A DNA stretch of 29,758 bases from a virus (lineage: Duplodnaviria > Caudoviricetes). Under the pieces are notes generated by a model, which made no database searches, was not told the origin of the DNA, and saw nothing but the letters and a program-made list of their open reading frames with translations. The DNA lies in IMG/VR virus record IMGVR_UViG_3300047279_000007, positions 1 to 29,758 of that record. One strand, 5' to 3'. Below, piece after piece: positions 17,315 to 24,765 of the stretch. The translations under genes were made by a program, and so were the position numbers. How positions within the stretch are numbered: position 1 is the stretch's first letter; each line of letters opens with the position of its first letter.

Positions 17315-17686
17315 TTAGTTCAAGAACTTGAGTTTATACAGCGTTGAATCAATGTTCTCTTGGATGTTATCCACAAGCTGATTCAGTTCTGAGTCTTGGG
17401 GCAGCTCTTTGCGGATGTCCATTACGAACTTAGACAAGATTTCAAAGTATTTGATTGGGTCGGAATTTGGGGGATGGTACTCATTGGGGAATTTTTTGAG
17501 TTGGCCATACTTGCCCATGTAAGCCTCGGCATAGGCGTCTGCTTGCTCAATGATTAGGTCATAGAACGTGCCAAGAGCCATGTGCTTGCTAAAGCTGTTG
17601 GTTGTCCAGTGCATTAAATGGGCATTTGTGCCGCAATGCAGTAAAGCAAGGACAAAGTTTGAGACATAGCCTGAGTATTTATCCAT
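17315..17686 (-). CDS. Ferritin/Dps-like protein
   Basis: HLMHWTT..F..H.ALGTFYD....ADAYAEAYMG matches the Dps ferroxidase pattern; AGGA RBS. Confidence 0.7.
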   Translation of the reverse strand: MDKYSGYVSNFVLALLHCGTNAHLMHWTTNSFSKHMALGTFYDLIIEQADAYAEAYMGKYGQLKKFPNEYHPPNSDPIKYFEILSKFVMDIRKELPQDSELNQLVDNIQENIDSTLYKLKFLN

Positions 17687-17697
17687 GCTTTTTCCTG

Positions 17698-17737
17698 AAA
17701 AAAGTGGTGAGACTGCATTTTAATACAATCCCACCAC
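17698..17737 (-). terminator. Intrinsic terminator between the nin-like region and late genes
   Basis: GTGGTGGGATTGTAT-TAAA-ATGCAGTCTCACCAC (15 bp, 3 G-U pairs valid only on the minus strand) followed by TTTTTT. Confidence 0.8.
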
Positions 17738-17752
17738 AAGGCAACTGCAAAT

Positions 17753-18079
17753 TTAGTATATAGGAATTGGGATTTCTTTGGGCCATTGATTGTTTTCAAC
17801 CAAGTTATCCACAGTCCTTTGATGCGCTTTTAACCACATTTCCTTGCGTTCCTCTTTTGTCAGGTGCGCACCTTGGTCAATCGTGTAATGGCACTTTAAA
17901 CAGAGTGCCGCCACATATTCATCGCTTGATTTTAGGGACTTTCCTTTGCCACCCCATTCAGCCCAGTTGCTGTGAGCCGCTTGGACACCATTGTCCATCC
18001 CACAACATTGACAAGGTAAGCTGGCCACCAATTTCAATAGCTTTTGGCTTCGGATGTAGGTTTGTTTAGGAAACATCAT
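17753..18079 (-). CDS. DUF968/Ref-like Zn-binding HNH-type nuclease
   Basis: PCQCCG...AAH...LCLKCH motifs; nin-region position. Confidence 0.7.
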   Translation of the reverse strand: MMFPKQTYIRSQKLLKLVASLPCQCCGMDNGVQAAHSNWAEWGGKGKSLKSSDEYVAALCLKCHYTIDQGAHLTKEERKEMWLKAHQRTVDNLVENNQWPKEIPIPIY

Positions 18080-18477
18080 GGCTCAATTCCCTTGTCTGCC
18101 ATCCAAGCCATTAGCCATTCAATGAAATCTGAGCCTTCTTCTTTGCTGAATTTTCGGCTTAGTAGTCCCAGTTGAACAGTCCGATAACCATCTAGGCTTG
18201 GGGTAATTCTTCCAAGGGTGCGATTAGTCTCATGCGCCCATTGGTCAATCAATAGGCGTTTCCAATCGTCATCTGACCAAGGAGAGCCAACGGCTTTCAT
18301 TTCCTTGGTTATTTTGTCAATCAAGGCATGAAACATGGCATTTTGGTCTGTGCTTCGGCTTGCCTTTTTAATTTCTAAGCGCAATTGCTTGCCAGCTTGC
18401 AAGTTTTCTTTGATCTTGGGCCACAAGGTTTTCAAAACTGTTTGGGCTTGCTCAATGTTGTGTAAGGTAACGATCAT
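18076..18477 (-). CDS. ninB: NinB (Orf)-like recombination protein
   Basis: RSTDQNAMFHA, WKRLL and SRKFSKEEGSDFIEWL motifs. Confidence 0.8.
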   Translation of the reverse strand: MIVTLHNIEQAQTVLKTLWPKIKENLQAGKQLRLEIKKASRSTDQNAMFHALIDKITKEMKAVGSPWSDDDWKRLLIDQWAHETNRTLGRITPSLDGYRTVQLGLLSRKFSKEEGSDFIEWLMAWMADKGIEP

Positions 18478-18755
18478 TTCAAATCCTTTGGTTGAATTTC
18501 CTGCCCCAATTTTTGTACTTCACTCATGGCAATTTCACGCAATGCCGCTTGTAAACCCGCCAAACCACCAACACGCTGATCCTCAATAAAAATCTGCGGA
18601 AGGCCACGCACATCTGGATAAGCAAAGTTGAATGCTTTTCTGACTTCAGCATCGTCCATGTCGTTCTCAATAAACTTCAGCCCTTTAGACTTTAAAAGCT
18701 GTTTGGCAGCCACGCAGTTAGGACATTTGCTTTTTGTGTAGATAAAAATGTTCAT
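18474..18755 (-). CDS. Glutaredoxin
   Basis: IYTKSKCPNC, PQIFI and GG motifs. Confidence 0.9.
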   Translation of the reverse strand: MNIFIYTKSKCPNCVAAKQLLKSKGLKFIENDMDDAEVRKAFNFAYPDVRGLPQIFIEDQRVGGLAGLQAALREIAMSEVQKLGQEIQPKDLK

Positions 18756-19171
18756 ACTTGCCTCACTAAAACTTCAACCTTGGCGATCTCACCATAAACC
18801 TTGGTTGCGTGAATTGATGTGATTTGCGAATCCGACAAAAAGACAATTTTGTCCATGCCATCGCAGATTGCCTTGACCACGTTATCCAAATCGGGTTTTT
18901 TGATGTGTTTCTCAATATTGCTTAAACAGGCTTCTGTGCGTTTTTTGGAGTAACTGGCTGGAACGGGAAAGGTAACGTAAATAAACGCCTCCAATGCCCC
19001 ATCTAAGGCTTCTGACGCACCCATTGCTGCTTTTGCCATCATTCCAACCTCGGCTTCATAAGTTTTTGTCTTTTCGGGGGTGTAAGCAACGGGGAATTTG
19101 CCCCTTGTGGAAAACCTTGGTCTGCCCTTGGCGACAGGCTCTCCGTACACCGTAAACATTATTTGGATCAT
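18752..19171 (-). CDS. rusA: RusA-like Holliday junction resolvase
   Basis: PVAKGRPRF, KPDLDNVVKAICDGM and DSQI motifs. Confidence 0.9.
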   Translation of the reverse strand: MIQIMFTVYGEPVAKGRPRFSTRGKFPVAYTPEKTKTYEAEVGMMAKAAMGASEALDGALEAFIYVTFPVPASYSKKRTEACLSNIEKHIKKPDLDNVVKAICDGMDKIVFLSDSQITSIHATKVYGEIAKVEVLVRQV

Positions 19172-19383
19172 TTCTTGTCTTTCTGTTCGTTCATGCGTCT
19201 GCGTAGATCATCAGCGGCAGCTTGCCCACGCCTCTGAGCTATGTGGATCAGCGTCTGTTGCCACCAATATTGCGCTTCCCCTCTGCCCTCCTCTAGCGCT
19301 TTCTTGCGGTAGCGTTTGATCCAATCCAATGCTTCTGTATTCCTCATAATCTCCTGTAAGTTCAAGCGCTCTTGTGATGACAT
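19168..19383 (-). CDS. Hypothetical protein (overlaps upstream ORF)
   Basis: EALDWIKRYRKK...WW...RRGQAAADDLRRRMN; stop coupled to the rusA start. Start codon uncertain. Confidence 0.55.
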   Translation of the reverse strand: MSSQERLNLQEIMRNTEALDWIKRYRKKALEEGRGEAQYWWQQTLIHIAQRRGQAAADDLRRRMNEQKDKK

Positions 19384-19447
19384 AGTGGCTAAATTGTTGG
19401 CCTTCTCTGACTCGATCAAGGATTCTGTTGGCAGTTTCATAGTTCAT
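19211..19447 (-). CDS. Hypothetical protein
   Basis: ATGA-coupled to the upstream stop; MNYETANRILDRVREG...ALELTGD. Confidence 0.55.
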   Translation of the reverse strand: MNYETANRILDRVREGQQFSHYVITRALELTGDYEEYRSIGLDQTLPQESARGGQRGSAILVATDADPHSSEAWASCR

Positions 19448-19833
19448 TTTGTGTATTGCTTTTTAAGAGCCGCCAATTTTGCCAATGCTTCTGCCCTAAC
19501 ACGATCACTCTCAATTTGCTCGTGAATCGTCATCTTGCGTTCAATCTGCGGTAATGGCTTGATGGGAATTTCAAGGCCAGCGTTGCACAAGTTTTTAAAT
19601 TTGATGGCGCTTGGCACAAATTCTTCATTTAGCTTGGAAATTGCGTAGTCCATGCTTGGGCGGTATGTCAGGAAACGTCCAAGTTGGTTTTTCCATTCCT
19701 GGCGCACAAACTCAGGGTCTAGTCCATCAAAGTGACGATTGAATGGCGCACCGTAAATTGCCATCATGCGGCCAAAGATGTAGTCAAGACCTTGGTCTTG
19801 TGTGCAAAAGTCAGTTTCCAAGTAGCTTGACAT
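19444..19833 (-). CDS. Replication protein P-like helicase loader (putative)
   Basis: GGAGG RBS before the ATG at 19833; follows the initiator; PSAIKFKNLC motif. Confidence 0.5.
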   Translation of the reverse strand: MSSYLETDFCTQDQGLDYIFGRMMAIYGAPFNRHFDGLDPEFVRQEWKNQLGRFLTYRPSMDYAISKLNEEFVPSAIKFKNLCNAGLEIPIKPLPQIERKMTIHEQIESDRVRAEALAKLAALKKQYTK

Positions 19834-20536
19834 TGCTGTTGCCTCCGATAAGCCCACGGGTTAGGCCAGAAATGACCCTTTGATTCATTTGACCAGTCTT
19901 GCTCAAACCCTTTTCATCAGGCTTTAGCCAATCAGCTTGCAAGCCCTGCGATCCTCTGGCGCACCAAACACTCAGGAAATCGCTAAACGCCATGTTTGCT
20001 TTGGCGGCTTCTTTCCTTGCGCTGTTGACTACAGTTTCTGTAACTGGTGCTTTCTTGGCTTTGCGTAGTTGTTTCCAATCATCCCAAATCTGTTGATCAA
20101 CATCAGGAGGGCAAGCAACGACAGTTGCGTACTTCTTTTTGTGTTCTGTGTCTTGTGTTATGTGTCTTGTGTCTTGTGTAGCATTGCTTTCGGATTGCGT
20201 TGGCAATGCGTTCGCATCAAGACCTTTATTCCATCGGGCTTTGGCACTAGCACTTGCTTTAGCAGATTTCTCACCAGTTTTAGCAATTTCACGATTGGCA
20301 CGAACTGATGACCATCCTTTTTTAGTTAACTCAAAGAACTCTTGCAATACGATTGCAATGCTTTCGGTATGCGTTCGCATCCTAATTTGTCTTGCAATTT
20401 CTGGAATGTCATCAGGTATTGGTGACTCATGAAGATAGTACCAATCAAGCAAACGCCTGTAAGCCAAATCTTCAATTTCAGATAGGTGTGCGGTGTGACT
20501 TTGATAGTCACCAATATTGAACTGGTAATAGTGCAT
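19811..20536 (-). CDS. DUF1376/YdaU-family replication initiator
   Basis: MHYYQFNIGDY...AYRRLLDWYY N-terminal domain, WDDWKQLRKAKKAP C-terminal domain, internal iterons. Confidence 0.8.
   Translation of the reverse strand: MHYYQFNIGDYQSHTAHLSEIEDLAYRRLLDWYYLHESPIPDDIPEIARQIRMRTHTESIAIVLQEFFELTKKGWSSVRANREIAKTGEKSAKASASAKARWNKGLDANALPTQSESNATQDTRHITQDTEHKKKYATVVACPPDVDQQIWDDWKQLRKAKKAPVTETVVNSARKEAAKANMAFSDFLSVWCARGSQGLQADWLKPDEKGLSKTGQMNQRVISGLTRGLIGGNSNVKLLGN
20140..20379. repeat. Putative replication origin: 7-bp tandem array plus 11-bp iterons
   Basis: (TCTTGTG)n-like array at 20140-20179. 11-mers TTGCTTTCGGA, TTGCGTTGGCA, ATGCGTTCGCA at 20184-20216 and ATGCTTTCGGT, ATGCGTTCGCA at 20358-20379. 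Confidence 0.6.
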
Positions 20537-20561
20537 AACTCGCCTTTTCACCCCCTTAAAA

Positions 20562-20628
20562 GAAACTGCGGCAGGAGAGGGAGGAACTCTTTTCGGAACG
20601 GGGATCAATCCATTCCTAGCCGTGTTTC
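20562..20628 (-). ncRNA. c4/CI-like three-way-junction RNA candidate in the initiator leader
   Basis: GAAAC-CGGC closing stem, GGAATGG/CCGTTCC hairpin, GAG/CTC hairpin with TTCCTCC loop; preceded by TTGCGT-18-TAAAAT. Confidence 0.5.
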
Positions 20629-20636
20629 AAACAATT

Positions 20637-20792
20637 TTACTCTACAAACCAATGTGGACGCAACAACTTTAATTGCCACACCCTAGCTTGAGGCACAGTT
20701 TTCCATTGGGAAATAGCCGCTTGGCTAATACCCAACAGCTTGCCTAGCTCATCCTGTGAGCCTGCTAGTGCAATAAACTTGTGTTTGTCCAT
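20637..20792 (-). CDS. cro: Cro-like HTH regulator (51 aa)
   Basis: Below ORF-track cutoff: MDKHKFIALAGSQDELGKLLGISQAAISQWKTVPQARVWQLKLLRPHWFVE. Confidence 0.8.
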   Translation of the reverse strand: MDKHKFIALAGSQDELGKLLGISQAAISQWKTVPQARVWQLKLLRPHWFVE

Positions 20793-20799
20793 AAGGCAG

Positions 20800-20860
20800 A
20801 TTGTATATTAGTTGGCTAATACCCTTACAGTTGACTTGGTTATATAAGGTGCGTTATAGT
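20800..20860. promoter_or_regulatory. Divergent early promoter region
   Basis: Plus strand TTGACT(20831)-N18-TATAGT(20855). Minus strand TACAAT (20805-20800) lies 7 nt before the cro ATG. ATTAG-N4-CTAAT inverted repeat. Confidence 0.6.
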
Positions 20861-20903
20861 CACCCCATGCCCTGAACTTCTCGGGGTCTATTTAAGGCAC
20901 AAA

Positions 20904-21068
20904 ATGAAAACAAATCTTATCCCCAACGCTAACTGGCAAACACAGCAACGTGGCACTAATGACCAAGAGTATCAAATTTACTTGGCTTTTGCTGACGATG
21001 GCAAAGGTGGTGACATTACCCGCAATGGTCAACCACTCAAATCTTATGAGGAATGGATTAACTGTTAA
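20904..21068 (+). CDS. First early small protein (54 aa)
   Basis: Below ORF-track cutoff; AAGG RBS; MKTNLIPNANWQTQQRGTNDQEYQIYLAFADDGKGGDITRNGQPLKSYEEWINC. Confidence 0.65.
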   Translation: MKTNLIPNANWQTQQRGTNDQEYQIYLAFADDGKGGDITRNGQPLKSYEEWINC

Positions 21069-21073
21069 TTAAC

Positions 21074-21087
21074 AGGGCTTCGGCCCT
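21074..21087 (+). promoter_or_regulatory. cUUCGg tetraloop hairpin before an RBS
   Basis: AGGGC-TTCG-GCCCT followed by TTAAGGA. Confidence 0.55.
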
Positions 21088-21100
21088 TTAAGGAAAACAA

Positions 21101-21358
21101 ATGAAACCTACTCAACTCCAACACAGCTTTGAAAACGTAGTGTCCTACGGCAACGGTGAGACTGTAGAAGTCGTAACTGTCGGTTATGACTATTTGCCTG
21201 AAGAAATCAACTACCCATACGCACCAGACTATGCAGAAGTCTTTGATGTGTTCGTGTTTGATCAACAGGGCAAGCACATTACTTATGACATTCCCCAAGA
21301 CGAATACAACCGCTTGATGGATGAAGCCAAATCACACTTTTCTATGGAGGCCGTATGA
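21101..21358 (+). CDS. Acidic hypothetical early protein
   Basis: 85 aa, AAGGA RBS, D/E/Y-rich. Confidence 0.65.
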   Translation: MKPTQLQHSFENVVSYGNGETVEVVTVGYDYLPEEINYPYAPDYAEVFDVFVFDQQGKHITYDIPQDEYNRLMDEAKSHFSMEAV

Positions 21359-21447
21359 AATCTAAGATTATTCAAACCCTAATTGAGTGGACATTGGCGA
21401 TCGTCATCTTTGGCGGTTTGGGCGTACTTTTGGCTTGGAGAGCATGA
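21355..21447 (+). CDS. 30-aa single-pass membrane peptide
   Basis: GGAGG RBS, ATGA overlaps at both ends; MKSKIIQTLIEWTLAIVIFGGLGVLLAWRA. Confidence 0.65.
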   Translation: MKSKIIQTLIEWTLAIVIFGGLGVLLAWRA

Positions 21448-21629
21448 TGATTGAACACATCAAAGAATACTGGCGTATGCCATCGCCAAAAGAGTTAGCA
21501 GCCAAAGAACTTGAAATGGCGCAACGCAAGCTGTTAGAGGCTCTTAGCGCACAGGAATATGCAAAGCGCATGGCTGACTATCACTCAGACCGAATCAAAC
21601 GCCTCACGGCTTATTTAAAGGACGAATAA
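21444..21629 (+). CDS. Hypothetical coiled-coil early protein
   Basis: GGAG RBS, ATG at 21444; PSPKELAAKELEMAQRKLL. Confidence 0.6.
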   Translation: MMIEHIKEYWRMPSPKELAAKELEMAQRKLLEALSAQEYAKRMADYHSDRIKRLTAYLKDE

Positions 21630-22237
21630 TGAAAGTTTATCAAGCAATTAACGCCATTCAATCAGATTTAGCCAAGATCGGCATTTCCAAAGACCGCGTG
21701 AACTCTCAAGGCTCTGGATACAAATTTCGCGGCATTGACGATGTGTATAACGCAATTAGCCCATTGTTGGCAAAACATGGTTTGTGCATTTTGCCCCGTA
21801 TGCTTACCCGTGAATGTACCGACAGAATTAGCGCCAAGGGCGGCAACCTGTTTTATGTGGTTGTGGAAGCAGAGTTTGACTTTGTAAGCGCAGAAGATGG
21901 TTCTAAACACACGGTTAAGACTTTTGGCGAGGCAATGGATAGCGGAGACAAGGCAACCAACAAAGCCATGTCAGCCGCTTATAAATACGCTGCATTCCAA
22001 GCGTTTGCCATTCCCACAGAGGGCGACAATGATGCTGATGCCTACACGCACGATGTTGCACCAACAAGCATTGATCCTAACAGCATGACAGATTTGTTTG
22101 CGGCCATTGAATCAGCCACCACAGAAGATGATTTAAAGATTGCTTACAAAATCGCGTATGCCGCTTGCGATAACAACAAGTTTTGGCAACTCAAAGTTAT
22201 TGCAGCCAAAGATGAAGCAAAGGCAAAATTAAAATGA
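21629..22237 (+). CDS. erf: ERF-family ssDNA annealing protein
   Basis: YKFRGIDDVYN and GEAMDSGDKATNKAMSAAYKYA...F.IP motifs. Confidence 0.85.
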   Translation: MKVYQAINAIQSDLAKIGISKDRVNSQGSGYKFRGIDDVYNAISPLLAKHGLCILPRMLTRECTDRISAKGGNLFYVVVEAEFDFVSAEDGSKHTVKTFGEAMDSGDKATNKAMSAAYKYAAFQAFAIPTEGDNDADAYTHDVAPTSIDPNSMTDLFAAIESATTEDDLKIAYKIAYAACDNNKFWQLKVIAAKDEAKAKLK

Positions 22238-22857
22238 TTGAAATTGTCCAAGGCACAAACGAATGGTTTGCGGCTCGGCTTGGTAAGGTCACAGCATCCC
22301 GTGTGGCTGATGTGCTTGCCAAAACCAAATCAGGCTACTCAGCCAGTCGTGACAATTACATGGCTCAGTTGGTGTGTGAACGCCTGACAAACCAAAAGGC
22401 TGAAAGTTTTACTAACGCTGCTATGGCTCATGGCGTAGAAACAGAGCCACTTGCCAGAGCCGCATATGAGGCGCTTAAAGACGTTTTAGTTGATGAAGTG
22501 GGGTTTGTGCCTCACCCAACGATTGAAATGGCTGGTGCGTCTCCTGACGGGCTTGTTGGCGATGATGGATTGATCGAATGCAAATGCCCCCAGACAAATA
22601 CACATATTGAGACTTTATTAACTCAATCTGTGCCAACAAAATATTACACCCAGATGCAATTTCAACTTGCGTGTACTGGTAGGCAGTATTGCGATTTCGT
22701 TAGTTTCGATAATCGCCTACCAACAGAACTTCAATTGTTTGTGAAGCGAGTCCCAAGGGATGAAACTTACATCAAGCTAATGGAAGCAGAAATCGTCAAA
22801 TTCCTTGCTGAACTAAACGACAAAATTAACAAACTTATGAAAGTCAAAAATGTCTAA
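22234..22857 (+). CDS. YqaJ/lambda-exonuclease family protein
   Basis: QGTNEWFAARLGKVTAS, GASPDG, ECKCP and QMQFQL motifs. Confidence 0.92.
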   Translation: MIEIVQGTNEWFAARLGKVTASRVADVLAKTKSGYSASRDNYMAQLVCERLTNQKAESFTNAAMAHGVETEPLARAAYEALKDVLVDEVGFVPHPTIEMAGASPDGLVGDDGLIECKCPQTNTHIETLLTQSVPTKYYTQMQFQLACTGRQYCDFVSFDNRLPTELQLFVKRVPRDETYIKLMEAEIVKFLAELNDKINKLMKVKNV

Positions 22858-23092
22858 ACTTTACGAAATCACCGTGTCAGTTGGTAAATACACCAAAGAT
22901 GGTCAAGAGAAAACACGCTACCAAACCATTGGGTCTGTCATTGAAACTAAAAATGGCCCAATGCTTAAATTGGACACATTGCCTTTGACAGATTCAGGTG
23001 GTTGGAATGGTTGGGCATATCTCAATACACCAAAACCTAAAGACGATTACAAAGGTTTGCCAAAGGATGAAGACTTAGACGCGCCCTTTTAA
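22850..23092 (+). CDS. Small ssDNA-binding-like protein
   Basis: Beta-rich, with SSB-type acidic tail DEDLDAPF; follows erf and exonuclease. Confidence 0.55.
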   Translation: MSKLYEITVSVGKYTKDGQEKTRYQTIGSVIETKNGPMLKLDTLPLTDSGGWNGWAYLNTPKPKDDYKGLPKDEDLDAPF

Positions 23093-23098
23093 TTTTTA

Positions 23099-23146
23099 TG
23101 GGGAAAGTGGCGCTTAAGCGGACGAAACACGAGTACCCACCTTTTT
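23099..23146 (+). ncRNA. Candidate loop-E-containing RNA hairpin/terminator
   Basis: TGGG[GAA]AGTG...CACG[AGTA]CCCA with inner CGC-TTAA-GCG hairpin, followed by TTTTT. Confidence 0.4.
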
Positions 23147-23155
23147 GGAGTAATC

Positions 23156-23473
23156 ATGGACTATAAAGAAACATTTAAACGCATTTTTGCCATGCCTGAA
23201 TTTCCAAGAGTTAGGGCAAATGATCCTCTTACTTCATTTGAAGCAGCAGAGTCAATTAAAGATTCTGTTTCACAGCATCATCAAGTGATCTTGGAATGTC
23301 TACAAACGCATGGCGCACTTGGCAAGGACGGAATTGCCAGTCTGACAAACTTAGACAGTAATCAGGTCGCCAGGCGCTTAAACGAAATGAAAATCATCGG
23401 TTTGATTGAATTGACAGGCAACACCGTCAAATCAAACTCAGGACGCAATGAACGGGAGTGGAAAGCAAAATGA
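23156..23473 (+). CDS. Winged-HTH DNA-binding protein
   Basis: RANDPLTSFEAA, VARRLNEM..GLI and SGR motifs; GGAG RBS. Confidence 0.7.
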   Translation: MDYKETFKRIFAMPEFPRVRANDPLTSFEAAESIKDSVSQHHQVILECLQTHGALGKDGIASLTNLDSNQVARRLNEMKIIGLIELTGNTVKSNSGRNEREWKAK

Positions 23474-23682
23474 GCAAGGGCAGCGCACCACGGCCATTTC
23501 AAGTGGCCAATAAAGAATATGCACAGCGTTGGGATTTAATTTTTGGCAGAGACAATGAGAAAACAAACAAAACGCAAGCATTGGAAACTGATCGATTCAC
23601 TCAGACACGCGATCTTGGGGGCGGGAATAACGGAATCCCGAGTGCTGGACAAGTTGAGGATAAGGGAATTGGCGGCAATTGA
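23470..23682 (+). CDS. Small hypothetical protein
   Basis: ATGA-coupled; MSKGSAPRPF...YAQRWDLIFG; C-terminal part overlaps the next gene. Confidence 0.5.
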   Translation: MSKGSAPRPFQVANKEYAQRWDLIFGRDNEKTNKTQALETDRFTQTRDLGGGNNGIPSAGQVEDKGIGGN

Positions 23683-24013
23683 TGCTATGTCCAAGGGCAT
23701 GGGGACAATCGTTGAATGGCAAGAACTTGCCGACATGATGAACATTTGTGAAGTGATGGGGTCAAGCGGCATCGGTGCTGAAGCACTACCCCATTGCCAA
23801 CAGGCTCAAGAAGCACTTACAGAGGCCGCTAGACGATTTGAAAGTACAGGGAAAATGGGTTTGTCGGGGTTAGGTTTGCAAGCCCTTAGAGAAGTCTATG
23901 AGTACCATGACCTTCAGCGTTCTAGCGTACCTCGTAGCGTCTATGAGCAAATGATTATCAAGACGCGCAACCGCATCCAAAGCAAATCAAAAGAAGTAGT
24001 AGAGATTAAATGA
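23555..24013 (+). CDS. Conserved helical phage protein
   Basis: 152 aa from ATG 23555; WQELADMMNICE and YHDLQR motifs. Confidence 0.6.
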   Translation: MRKQTKRKHWKLIDSLRHAILGAGITESRVLDKLRIRELAAIDAMSKGMGTIVEWQELADMMNICEVMGSSGIGAEALPHCQQAQEALTEAARRFESTGKMGLSGLGLQALREVYEYHDLQRSSVPRSVYEQMIIKTRNRIQSKSKEVVEIK

Positions 24014-24186
24014 CACCAATATCAGAACCACGGCAACTTCACCCTTATAAAACTTGCGGAAAATGCGATGAAAGCAAACCACCAGAGGGCGGCATTGATA
24101 TGGGGCATAGATGGATATGTCAGTCCTGTTGGATAATGCGTCTGACAGGCAAACACTTACGTCAAAACTCAGCCAAGAACAGCTAA
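24010..24186 (+). CDS. Small zinc-finger protein (58 aa)
   Basis: Below ORF-track cutoff; ATGA-coupled; CGKC...WICQSC. Confidence 0.65.
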   Translation: MTPISEPRQLHPYKTCGKCDESKPPEGGIDMGHRWICQSCWIMRLTGKHLRQNSAKNS

Positions 24187-24765
24187 AGCCTCATTGGTGT
24201 GCAAGACCCGATCATCAAATCCAATCGTGCCACCATTGATCTTCTTTGTTAGACCTAACCAGTCTGCCGCTTCAGCCAAGTTATTGCAGTTGTGTGTTGA
24301 CCAAAACCATCCAGCCGTAAGTGCCGCATATTGAGGCGTTGCCACCAAGTCAGGATTAGCCCAAAAGTCCACGCCAAGGGCTTTTCCTGCATGGAAATAC
24401 GAGTCTGAGCCAGTTAGCTGAACGCAGCCTCTGCCCCTGAAACGATACCCGTCACCTGATGCTTCGTCCCTGTTGCCCATGCGTGAGGCATAGACCTTGT
24501 TGGCGATCTTTTGTGGTTTGCCTGCATACTCATTTGCAATGTCTAATGTGGGAAACCGTTTAGACCACAATTTCATCAGCGTTGCCGCACGATAGTTCAG
24601 GTTTTCCTCAAGCACTTTAAACTTGCCACATTCATGGCCGCATTGACCAATAAATGCTGCTTGTTGGCGAGGCGTATTGATGCCAAACCGATCAAATGTC
24701 TGGTTTAAGGCATCTACCCATTGTGAGCCAATTTTTAACTTGGCAAGTTGGTCAGCGTTTACCAT
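24169..24765 (-). CDS. Endolysin, glycoside hydrolase family 19
   Basis: AAFIGQCGHEC, EENLNY, GDGYRFRGRGCVQLTG and INGG motifs. Confidence 0.92.
   Translation of the reverse strand: MVNADQLAKLKIGSQWVDALNQTFDRFGINTPRQQAAFIGQCGHECGKFKVLEENLNYRAATLMKLWSKRFPTLDIANEYAGKPQKIANKVYASRMGNRDEASGDGYRFRGRGCVQLTGSDSYFHAGKALGVDFWANPDLVATPQYAALTAGWFWSTHNCNNLAEAADWLGLTKKINGGTIGFDDRVLHTNEALAVLG

Noticed and set aside
20537-20608. N-terminal extension of the initiator in the ORF track
   Set aside because: The family-typical start is MHYY at 20536; the extension covers the structured leader.
20869-20887. Lambda boxB/nut site (GCCCTGAA...)
   Set aside because: Stem and loop differ from the 5-bp/5-nt boxB, no boxA is seen and there is no Arg-rich N homologue; it may be a simple 5' leader hairpin.
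23118-23130. Hammerhead ribozyme (GGACGAAAC)
   Set aside because: No CUGANGA core at a compatible position.
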